From a virus (lineage: Duplodnaviria; Caudoviricetes), in IMG/VR virus record IMGVR_UViG_3300032243_001028, positions 1 to 64,000 of that record: a stretch of DNA of 64,000 bases; one strand, given 5' to 3'. Under the pieces are notes generated by a model that ran no database searches, was not told the DNA's origin, and was given only the letters and a program-made list of their open reading frames with translations. This document shows positions 46,901 to 58,900 of this stretch, piece by piece (within the stretch, counting starts at the first letter, position 1; each line of letters starts with the position of its first letter). The position numbers were made by a program, and so were the translations under genes.

Positions 46901-49900
46901 GCTTGGAGAGCATTACATTAGAATGCCTAAAGATTCGAGGTTTGCTGCAACACTTTCATATATTGAAGGTCAAGGCCATTGGTACGTTAAACTACACGAT
47001 GTAAATCGTTTTTCTGATGACGAAAGAGGTATAAAAATTATACCTCTCCCTGAAACATACAAAACTATTAAAGGTGACATAAATGATCCTAAAGCGTGGG
47101 AAGAAGCTTTAAAAGAAGCTAGAAAATTTATATCTGATGCAATAGCCCGCAATGGCGGTAAAAATGTTCGTTATGGATATGAGCACCGTCCAATAGAATC
47201 TTTAGATGATGTTAGGGTAAATGACTATATAATTTTTAGAACTAGCTATCCGCCTTCCATAAACTATGCTGATACCGATCATCCAGAAGAAAATATTTCA
47301 GGAATTATAGGTAAAGTACTATCTATTGGTAAAGATAAAGATGGCAACCGTGTCTTCAAAATTCAAAAAAGAGACGGTAAGATTAAAAATATTAAAGATA
47401 AAGACCTAGACTATGTCGGCGGTGCAGTAAGATTCTCTGACGATGATCCAAATATTAATGTATCTACAACTGAGATCGTTAAAAAACGACTTGCAAAACG
47501 TCAAATGAGAGAATTACGTTTTTCTATTGGAATGGATATAGAAGAAGATCCTAATAACTCTGAAGATTCTTTGGAAAGAATTTATAAAGCTATAGAAGAT
47601 AAAATTGGACCAGATCTTATTGAAAATCATAAATTTATACCAGGTTTGTCTAAAGCTCTTTCCAAAAAAATGTATGATAAGTCAAATACTAAAGGCTACC
47701 TCACCGAAGAAGAAATCTATGATATAACCGATAACTTTATAAAAAATTATTCTGATGAAAATAAATCTAAAGCAACCCCAGTTCAACCTACTGAAAATCA
47801 GCAGCCTGCTACGGAAGAAACCACTCCTACAACCGAATCAAAAGAAATAACTGGCGAGCATAACTTCCCTCTACCGGATGATGTTCAAATGTTCCCTGCA
47901 GGTGTGGGAGAACCTTACGCTAAATATGTAATAAATGGAGAAGGATTTCAGCACGAAGCCGACTATCCTGACGTTCGTGTAAAAGATGGACTTCGCTATG
48001 GAGTAGAGATTTATTATGAAGAAGCAATTGAGCCTAATAGCTACAACAAAAAGGGAAGAGTTGCTGGTTGGAGAGTAAGCTTATTAAATAACAAATGGCG
48101 AGAAGATATGTCTAGAAGTAGACTTATCGACTATAGAATTTCTGAGATTCCAGGAAATATTAATGATCCAGAAGCTTGGAAGAAAGCTGTAGAAGAAGCC
48201 AGAAAAATGTTGGCTAATGCAATAGCTGAAAATGGTGGAAATAATAATCCTTACACATCCGAATACATTCCTTTAGAATCTTTGGATCAAATTCAATCTG
48301 GCGACTACCTAATGTATGGCGGCCACTTCCCTCCAAATACTAGATGGAAGGGAACTAAGAGCGAAGAAACCAGTCCTAACTTCTATGCACAAGTTGTATC
48401 CGTTAAGACCGATGAAAACGGAAATAGAATTTTTGAAATTAAAGAACCTAACCGTGCACAGGGTGGGTATTACGATAATGTCTTTGTTAATGATGAAGAA
48501 TTTTTAGATAAATTTGGTGGAATAACCGGCCTAGCTCGCTACTCTGACGAGAACTCGAACGTTAAGCCTGCTGCTGAACCTGTAGCCGAAACTAAGGTAG
48601 AAGAAGAACCTAAAGAACTTACCGAGGAAGAACGTCAGGCTAATATAGATGCTTGGACTGAAGTTGGCCAGCTTTACAGAAAGTATCTAGCCGCTAAACG
48701 AGGCAAGAACATGAAGCGCGAAGCTAAGCGTTTGAAGCAAGAGCTTAGCCCGTATCCTGCTGTAATGCTGCATGAAAAACTTAGCGATTATAAAGATATT
48801 TTAAACAACACTAGAAACTCTTCAACAGATGAAAATGAGAAAAAAGCTATTGCTAAGAGAATAGCTGAACTTGTCGACGCAATGAAGCAGCTAAACATAT
48901 TAGTTAATAAGGGTGTAAAAGAAGGTGCCGGCAAACCAACAGATCCTCTAGACTTCAACTTTGACAACCTCTTTAGGGATATAGAAGTAGAAGATGGCAT
49001 CTCTGAGTCTGACGTTGAAGAAGCTGCAGAAGAGCCAGAAGTTGTAGAAGAACCAGCAGCCGAACCTACAGAAGAACCTAAGAAAAACGTCATTGAGACT
49101 GCTGGCGGAGTTCTAGACTTTGAGGGTTTATCTCCAATGCAACTAGGAAAAATTAAAGCCCACCTAGATAAAAAAGTTCGCTGGAATGGCGAAGTAATGA
49201 CCTACCGTGAACTTTATACTAAATTTGCTATCGGTAGACATAAGAGTCAAAACCTTAAAGATGTTAACTATGTAAAGGGCGAGTCAGTTAAGTCTTGGGG
49301 GCCTATTAAGTATTTCCTTTTTGTAGATGAAAATGGTGGCATGATCGATGTCCCTAAAATGATCTATGATGCTTTCAAACCAAATAGCGATGATCCAAAA
49401 TTAGATTCAGATGCCACTGCTCCAGTTCAAGAAGCTAAAATGGCTGAAAGACAAAAAAAGTGGGATGAGGAAGATAAGGCAAAAGCAGAAGCTGAAGCTG
49501 CTAAACCTATTGAAGAAAAGCCAGAGGAACCTGTTGAAGCCGAGCCAGAAAAACCTGCTGCAGTTCCTATTACTCCAGTAGAAACTCCTAAAGATCTTGG
49601 ACCTACTCAAATAACCAAAGATACAGGTAAGCAGTACTTAGCTGAAAAAATTGATGTTGGCTGGACTTTGTATGGTCCAGATGGTTATGCTCTTGGAGTT
49701 GTAGTTAAGAAAGATACTCTAGGTAGAGTTGTTCAGCTAACCGTAAGAGGTCCTAACGGAAAAGAATCTACATATAACTTCAACATGCTTACTAAGCTTT
49801 ACGCTTTTAGTCCTAAAGATAAAAAGGATATCGAGAAAGCTAATAAGACTAAGCCAGCTACTGAACCGGAAGCTAAAGAAAAATCTGAAGAGCAACCTAA

Positions 49901-52900
49901 ATCTGAGCCAGAGGTTGAGGAGCAGCCTGGAGAAGAACTTCCAGATAAAATCTCCCGTGAAGACGGCTACAGACTATTTGAAGCTCTTAAAAAAGTTTAT
50001 GATTTCATTCACAGAAGTAAAAAAACTGAAGACCCTGATGCTGCTAAAAAAGATGCAAATGATAAGGTTAATCAACTAGCAAAGATTCTAAACCCTGAAG
50101 ATGTAGATGATTTTATTCGCTATGTAGATCTAGAAACAGCTTTTAGAAAGATAATGTCTAGTAGAGATTTTCTAGATAATTTTGAAGAATATATAAATAA
50201 TTATTCTTCAGGTAATGGTGCTGAGGTTAACCCTATACACAGGGGTGCCGATGGTAAAATAATCAACAAGGGAGATGATCTAGTTGTTGTTGATAAGGAT
50301 GGAAATCTTAAAAAGATAAGGCTACAAATATTTAAAAAGCCTAACCCTAGGGCTCTAAGCGATAAAACAGATTTTATTGAGTGGGGATATCAACTCAGGC
50401 TTGATGGAAATAAAAATCCTGAAATTGTAAACATCAACGACTCTAAAGAGTCATATTCCTTGGATAATGTATTCCACACTCAGGATGAGTCTGAGATCAG
50501 AAAGATTATTTCTAATAGGGATAAAGTTTCACCTGAAGCTCCGACAGCCCCTGAAGCTGTAGAAAATGCTGCTTACAATGGAAATCTAGAAGATGATCTA
50601 AGTGCTTTTAAAAATGTTCTAGAGAATGCAATTGAAAACTTTAGAAATCAGCCTGGCGCAGACAAGAATGTCTACAAAGCTGCAGCTAAAGAACTTTACA
50701 ATGAACTTAAGAAGCTAAACTCACTTTACGAAGATTCCGCTACAAGTGGCAATGATCTAGAGCAAATCCGTAACGTTTACGACGACAAGATCCGCGATCT
50801 AGGGGACATTCAATCAGCTAAAGAAAAGTCTAATCCTAATCAGAATAGAGAAAACTTTGTAAAAGATCTAAGAGGTCTGCAAGAGGGACTTATAGATGAT
50901 TTTGAAGCCGAGAGAGATCTTGGAATTATGGGAAGCTACTCTCCATACAATGTACTCAGCTATAGTGATGAAGACAAAGCAATTCTGCTTAAGAAAGCTA
51001 CCGCTGCCAGACTTCTTCAATACATGCCAGATGTTAGTTTTGAAGGCCTATTTGATTCAGTAGTGGCAAATTACACTAGAAAAATTTTTCCTTTTGGTGG
51101 TTGTGAAGCAGCTATACATGTTAAGAGTACTGTATACACTAATAACGCTCCATATATAGGTGGAGAGGGGTTGGCGTATAAATTTGACGGCACTGAAGTT
51201 AAAAATAGTGCCGATATGGTCAGACTTTTGGATACAGATATGTCTAATTTGGTAGAGGGTAGCCGAATTATAGGATCATATATTAGATTTTCCTCGGAGC
51301 TACCTGAGGTAGTTGTAACAACTATTACAAAAGAATTATTAGATAGAGTAAAAAATGTTAAAGGATCTAATTCTTCAAGTAATATTTTAGATTTTATGAA
51401 AAATGAAATGAATTTTAAAGTCTACTCCAGCTCCTCTAATCAAGACATGGATGATCTTAAAGAGATATTAATTGCTCACTTGATAAGAAGTTGGGCTATT
51501 ACATCAAATGATAGTGGTTATAAGTCTCACGCATTACAGAGACTTGCTGCAAGAATGTTTGCTATGGATAGCAGTAAAACTGCTGGTTGGCTGTATGCTG
51601 CTGGCCATGATCAAATTGATATTGATAGCCATATTCTTAAAGGAAATATTCCAGCCGATATAAATACTGTAGATAAGCTCGAGCAGTATGCATCTGATCT
51701 TGTGGATGAAGAGATTAGCAGACATTTTGATATCTACTCAAAATTTATAATGGGTATGTACAACTCTACTCAAGACCTGCTAAAAGACATAGGAATTGAT
51801 GGGGTAGTTGTATATAGAGGCTCTCAGGATCAAGAGCTTATCGCTCCAGATGGAACTCCTATAAAGAGGAACACTAGAGTAAATAATCTAATGAGTGCTA
51901 GGGCAAAGCAGCGTCCTATGTCTTCATGGTCTACATCTATTAGAACAGCATCTCAGTTTGCTGGAGGTCTATCTCCTATTATTATGGGTAAAATAGTACC
52001 TGCTGAAAAAGTTATAGCTATGCCTGGTACTGGTTTTGGATGTTTTGAAGAGAATGAGGTAGTACTACTAGGGGGGGATCTAGATGAAGTACTTTATGGT
52101 GTACCAGGAAATATAGATCTAAACGCATTTAAAAATAGCAGTGCTATGAATCCTCCTAAGCAGATTCAAGCCCTAGACCCTTCTACTGGACTTGCCGGTA
52201 TTTTACCGCCAAAGCCAACCTTCCCTACGTCTCAAAATAGGGAACGCGATCTACCAATTGTTGAGGTAGATAACAGCGAAGAGAACTCAGATTGGATTAA
52301 ACAGAGCGGCTGGGATCTTACTACCAACGTTGATGATTTCCTAAAAATGTTTACCAGCAGAGATCAACTTTCAGACTTTATGACTAAGCCTACTGCTCAA
52401 GGTATGCCTGAAGAAATGCTACGTAATCTATGGCCAGCTGCTGACAAGCACTTTGAGAAAATAGAGTCTGCTCCTAAGGAAGAAGAGTCTAAGTACCTTC
52501 CAGAGCCTTTTGATCCTAGAGATAAAAAAGCGGATTTAGATGAGTATTACAATTATGACTATACTAAGATGCCTGATGGCACTCCTTTTAATAGTGACCA
52601 GCAGCAGCAGATGGATGCAATAGCTAAAAGATTAGAGAACATTCTTAAAAATAATGATGAAGATGCTAACTCTTTTGCTGTAAAGAATTTAAAAAACTTT
52701 AGAAGAACTTTATATCAGCAAATAATTGCTAAGCCTACCAAAGGCTCTTCTACTACAAGAGATAGCATTCTTAAACAGGTAGAGTTTAGCGATAAACCAG
52801 CTGTAAAGTATTTTGATGAAGCTCGTGGACTAACTTACACAAGATATGTGGATAAGTTTACCGATAAATATGGTAGAAAATACTACATAGTTACTAACAT

Positions 52901-55900
52901 AGACGAAAGCTCTGGACGTCAGACTGTAGTAGCCTACGACCAAAAAAACTTTGAAGGTATGCCTCTACCTGAAGATTATGTAAGAAAAGACCAGCCTGTG
53001 TCTGGAATTAATGATGTCGGAGGACTCGATTCCTACATATTTAGAGATCCATCTGTGTCTGAAATCCAAAGTGTAATGGTTACTGATAGATACCAAAGAA
53101 GAGGTATAGCAACAGCCCTCGTTGCTGTTCTAGAGAAGAGATTAGGACTTCCGGTAGTTCACTCAGATAACTTATCAAGCATGGGATTTGCTTTCTCTAA
53201 CAGCATGGACCCTGGAAAGCCTGACCTTCACACCAATGAAAAGTCTATTGAACTTCAGAGTGACAATGCACCATCTCAAAACCGTGAAGGATTCTTCAAG
53301 AGAAACAAAGCCAAGAAAGAACCTTTTGATCCTACAGATCCTACCATCGATCTAGAAAAGTTCTATAACTACGACTACACTCAGATGCCCGATGGTACCC
53401 CATTCAATATTTATCAGCAGCAGCAAATGGATATTCTTAAAGATGCGATTGACAATGAACCTGATGATTTTGAAAGAAAACTGCGTATTGCTGAAAGAAG
53501 ACGTATCTATCAGGGATACACCGCTAAACCAAACTTAAAGTCTGGCACTAATCTTGAAAGTATTAAAGATCAGGTGAGACTTCTAGATGACAATACTTCT
53601 AGAATGAACTACAGCGGTGCTGGTAAACCTTATGCAGATCTACCATCAGAGTACAAGCAGAGTACTCAGTATATTGATGAGTTTACTGACAAGTACGGCA
53701 GACAGTACTGGGTAGTTACCAAGGTAGTAAACGGCCTAGGCATGTCAAACGTAAAGCTTTACGATAAGAGTAAGAACTCCCTACAAGATCTTCAAGATAA
53801 TTCAGAAGATAGAACTCCTGTGTCTTCATTAGATGTCTTTAATAACAAAATTAGCATGGTCTACACTTCAGATAGATATGTAAGAAGAGGTCTAGCTACT
53901 GCAGCTCTTCACTTAGCAAGAGAGCGTTCTGGAAAAGAAGTTCAACACTCAGAAATGTTAACCTCTTTTGGTAGAGCATTCTCCCTTTCAGTTGACCCTA
54001 ATCCTGATCTTCATAGAAATGATGAATCAAAAGTTACTCTGTCTAACAATCAACCTTCTCAGAACCGTGAGAACCAGTATCCGCCTGAGCCTTTTGATCC
54101 TAATGATCGTACTCTCGATCTAGATACTATCTATAACTATGATTACACCAAGCTTCCTGACGGAACTCCGTTCAATGCTAAGCAACAAAAAGCAATGGAT
54201 CACGAGAATAAAATTCTTGAAGAAGCCATAGCTTCTGGGGACGAAGCAAAAATACGTGCAGCTAAAATTGCTAGAAGATATACATATAATACATTTATAA
54301 CTGTAGCTAACCCCGACTCCAAAACAACCACTGAAACTATAGCCGATCAGATTACTCCTGGTAAAGCTAAACCTAAAAAGTTTACTGGGTTTGTTCGTTA
54401 CACAGATAACTTTACAGATAAATACGGTAGAAAATACGTGATTTTCACTGATATAAGAACTGATGATAAGGGGGACAATTCTGCAATGGTAACAGTGCAT
54501 GATATGAAGAGTATGTTCCTTGAGAAAATTTTTGTCCCTGAGGGTATGGAAAATGTTGATCAATTTGGAGGAAAAAGTCTTCACATAGCTTCATTAAAAG
54601 TTAACGATGATGATAGAAAAGATCCAAATGCTGCTGCTTATATTGGTATGGTACTTACTGATGATGCGTATAGACGCCGTGGTCTTGCAACAGCAATGCT
54701 GTACTTAGCTCGTAAACATTACAGCAAGCCTGTTAACCACTCAAGCACTCTTACCATGTACGGTAAAGCTTTTTCTAACTCTGTAGATGCTGGAAAACCA
54801 GACGTACACGATTCTCTAGAATCTAAGCAACTACAGATTGATCTCCTTAAAGAGAAGGGTCTTCCTGTAAAAGAGTCTGAACTTGATGGCGATGAAATTG
54901 ACTATGGACCTAATCAAAATAGAGAAAATATTGAAGAGCCTACTATTCTTAATGAATATCGTGAAGTAATTCCTCTTAATAATTCCTATAGAGATAAGAA
55001 TGACCCAGATCTTGACCTTACACAGTGGGTGACTGGGGGCACTAAAATATATGGAATAGGTAATGGCGGTAACCCACTGGGATACGTCAGAACTGAAAAG
55101 CTTGCCACAATGAAAGGCAATCTTGCAGATATGGAGAGCAGTACATCTTCTATAGCCCATGACCTCGAAGACGGAACTGGCTACTTAGAGCCGGTACTAG
55201 TTTGGTACAACCCTCTTACTGGAAGAGCTTTTATTGCAGAAGGAAATCATAGGGTTGAAGCTGCACGTATAGCTGGAAGAGAGTATGTGCCTGTTGTAGT
55301 TGGCGTTAGCACTGTGGACTTTAAAAATCCAACTACAATGGAAAGATCCGGAGGAGTCGGAGATGTAGTTTTAAATAAGGATGGAAGTCTAGAAAACTTC
55401 AAGAATGCTAAAGATGGATCACTTATAAATCCATACCACCTATTTAATGACGAGGATCTTTTATACCCTAGAATCAATTTGGATCCAAAAGATGTACCTG
55501 GATTTACAGACGTACTTAAAATACAGTCTGATCTTTTAAATGAGCTTATGGCTGAGAATGAAGAGACTGGACTTAATGAGATTGCTACGTGGTACGATCC
55601 GGATGCTTTTGACATAGATAGTTCAATTGGACATATGGGCGGAGCCTCTGAGCAATTAAAAGAGATTACCGCTAAAAATATAGGTAGTAATATGTTATCT
55701 TCTCCTAAAGATATTTTGGGAGCATTAGATCATGCCATATCTATCAGTCAGGTAGTCAGATCTAGGTTGAGTTATCTAGATAGTCAAAAGATGGCTCTAA
55801 AAGCTTTAGATAGTAAATCGGATAATTTAAATGAAAATTCTATTATATTATTTATTGATGACTCTGAGCACTCTCCATATGAAGGATTACATATAGAAAC

Positions 55901-58900
55901 TCTAAGAGAAGTACTAGATTCCATGGATCCTTACGATGAAGAACTGTACGGAAACCCTTACGATGAAGAAACTATTGACTATAAAACTCTTTTTGACGAT
56001 TACTATGCAAATAAAAATAAAAAACCAATTTTCTTTGACAATCCGGAAGACATAGAGGCATTTAAAGAAAAAGCCGCTTCAATACTTGTTGCGCAGTGGG
56101 CAGAGACATCTAATGGTAGTGATATGCTATCTCACGCTTTACAGATTGCTGCTGCTGAGACATTTAAAATGCCTGCTGGTTCGTGGTCACCGTGGAAAGT
56201 TCAAAGTAAAAACGCCCAATATACAAAAGATATTTTAGAAAATGCAGAATACTACTATGGAATTCACAGTTCTGTTCTTAAAGATTTCTTAAAAACTATG
56301 TACGATCTTACCCAGGATCGATTTAAAAATTATGGAATAAAATACTTAACTCTTTACAGAGGTACTGGAGTAGACGAAGAAGCTTTAAAAATAGACACCG
56401 GTATTGAATACAATGGCATAGGAGATGTTGAAATATTGCAAAGACCTATGTCAGCTTGGGCTTGGCTTCACGGTGATGCTTTCAACTTTGCTACTAGTAG
56501 GTTGCAAGAAAGAGCCGGAATGTTTATGGGAACTATTATTCCTGTTGAGCAGGTACTTTCTATTCCCGGCACAGGTTTTGGTTGCTTTGAAGAAGCTGAA
56601 GTAGTTCTACTGGCAGGAAAAAATAGACTAGTAAGGGCTGTTACTAGTGATTTTTCTAACCCTACTCTTGATCAAAAAACTTTTATTGCTGAGAATGCAA
56701 GTAAAGTAATTTCTTACTTACTGGACCAGCTCCCTAAAGATAAAAACGCTTTTGATAATCTTATTGAATTTAACAAGGGTACTCCTAATACTGCTGGCCC
56801 ATCACAAAATAGAGAGATTCCGTCTATCAACGTCGATGATAGCGTAGAAAACTCTGACTGGGTTATCTCCGAGTTTGCAAAAAAGAAAAAACTAGATGCT
56901 AAAGAAAATGAACTTCCTGAAGGATCTGGTCAAACTAATCCAGTTGAGGAACCTATTTCCTTAAATGAGCTACACAGAACATTTATTACAGCACTTCTAG
57001 CTGGTGCCGGAGATCAGAGAACTAGACCCCTTCCTGATGCAAAGCCAGAGTGGTTGGCAGCAGATGTAGAAACTGATAATTTAACAATGGCTGAAAAAAA
57101 TGCTATTTATACGTGGTACATGAACGTTGTTAAGGGAGATGGAGCTAGTAGTGACAATCTATCTATTAATGCTCAGGTATATCTTACTAAGCATATAATT
57201 CCTTTAATTAATAGACATGCTGAGGATGATATGTTGCTTCCTCACCACGATATCTATATAAATAAAGATAATAATGTGACTATTAAAGTTGTTAGATTTA
57301 TAATTAATCCAACTAAGAAAAATGGTAAAACAAATGTAAATACCGAATACAGAGCTGCTACAGCTGCTGGAGTGGCTAAATTTGCAAATAAACTTTCGGA
57401 TGTATTATCTAGAGTTAAATTTAAGTTCCCTGTAAAAGAGCTTCAAGTAATTATTAGTCACCCTAGTATAGAAGATTACTTCAAGCCATTTACTAGAGAT
57501 GATGGTACTCGTGGCCGAAACTTAGCTGGGTTGTCTTTCCCTCACATGTTTGTTAATGGTCAAATTTTGAACGAAGAAGATGTTAAGCCTAATCCTAAAC
57601 TCACTGAAAATCCTAGGGCAGATGCTACAGAACTAGAGTCTACAATTGCTCACGAAATAGGCCACGTTCTTCAACAAAAAGGCATCATTAATTTTAACGA
57701 TCAGGCTACAAAAGATACGCTTCGTAGATTTATGACTGAATATCCTCTAAGTGACTATGCAGCTACTGATGAAGCAGAATATCTAGCGGAAGCATATGCT
57801 GGAATGATGATATCCGAAGATGGTATTGGAAGGCATAAAGAAGTTGCTGACTGGATCAATGATCAAATTGCTACTGTTGATGAAAGAAAAGAAAAAGCTG
57901 CCATTGATCTTCTAAAGGGTATGCTAGAAAAACTTGGTATTCCAAATAATAGTAAACCTAGCCAAAACAGGGAAGGTTCTAGAGAACAGATTATTGCATC
58001 TGCGGCTAAGGACATTGCTTCTAGCGGTATCGGATTTACTCCTGGAAAAATTAAAAATGACATAAGCATAGCAATTGATGGTCCTGTAGTACAGATTGAA
58101 GGATTTCCTAAAAAAGATGCAGTAGCCCCATCTGATCAGGCTACCGCCATTAAAAATGAAATAATCGGCCTAGGACATATGATTCTAGATGATGCTAGAA
58201 CTATCTCAGATGAGCAAGCTAGAGCTGAGGGTCTTATTCCTGAAGGATTTGATGCTGAAGAATATAGAAAAAAACTAGAAAATGATGCTAGAGCTTTAGA
58301 ATTAGAAATATCTAAAGGAGATAGTAAATTTAGAGCTATGGCCCAAGACCTTATGAGGAATGCTTTTAACAGGCTTTCTTATGAAGATAAAGAAGAGGTA
58401 TTCCAAAGTTTAAAACAAGAGGCTGCTAAAGAATTATCTGGTAAAGATGTAAATGTTTTTAGTGCAGAAGAAACTTTCAATATGCTTCTAGTTGAGTACG
58501 GGGATGACCTTTCCCATAAACTTGCTTATGATTATGCTACCCCACATTCAGAGTTTATTTTTGATACTGGTAAAACTGTGCTACAAAGAGTTAGAAGTAA
58601 AAAAACTTTAAGATTAACTAAAGATGTAGAAGAAGTAAGAGCTTTAATAGATGTTACGGGAGCACACGAGGGCGGAGAAACTATCCTAAGTCTGCTTACC
58701 AAATGGGCTATTCGAACAGGTAAAATTGACACATCAGACCTTGCTAAGAAAGCAGCTGAAATAAAGGAAGTAAGAGATCGGCTTAGAGCTTCTCCAAAAG
58801 CAGAAGATTTTACTAATAAATATCATTCTATAATTGGTAAAAATATTAAATCTCAGATGGAAAAGTCTGGAGTTGAATTTGACTCGATTCCTGCACATCA

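Noticed and set aside
32202-57974. PSQNRE copies as a DNA-level repeat or recombination site
   Set aside because: Synonymous codons vary freely between copies, including both Ser codon families, so conservation is at the protein level.
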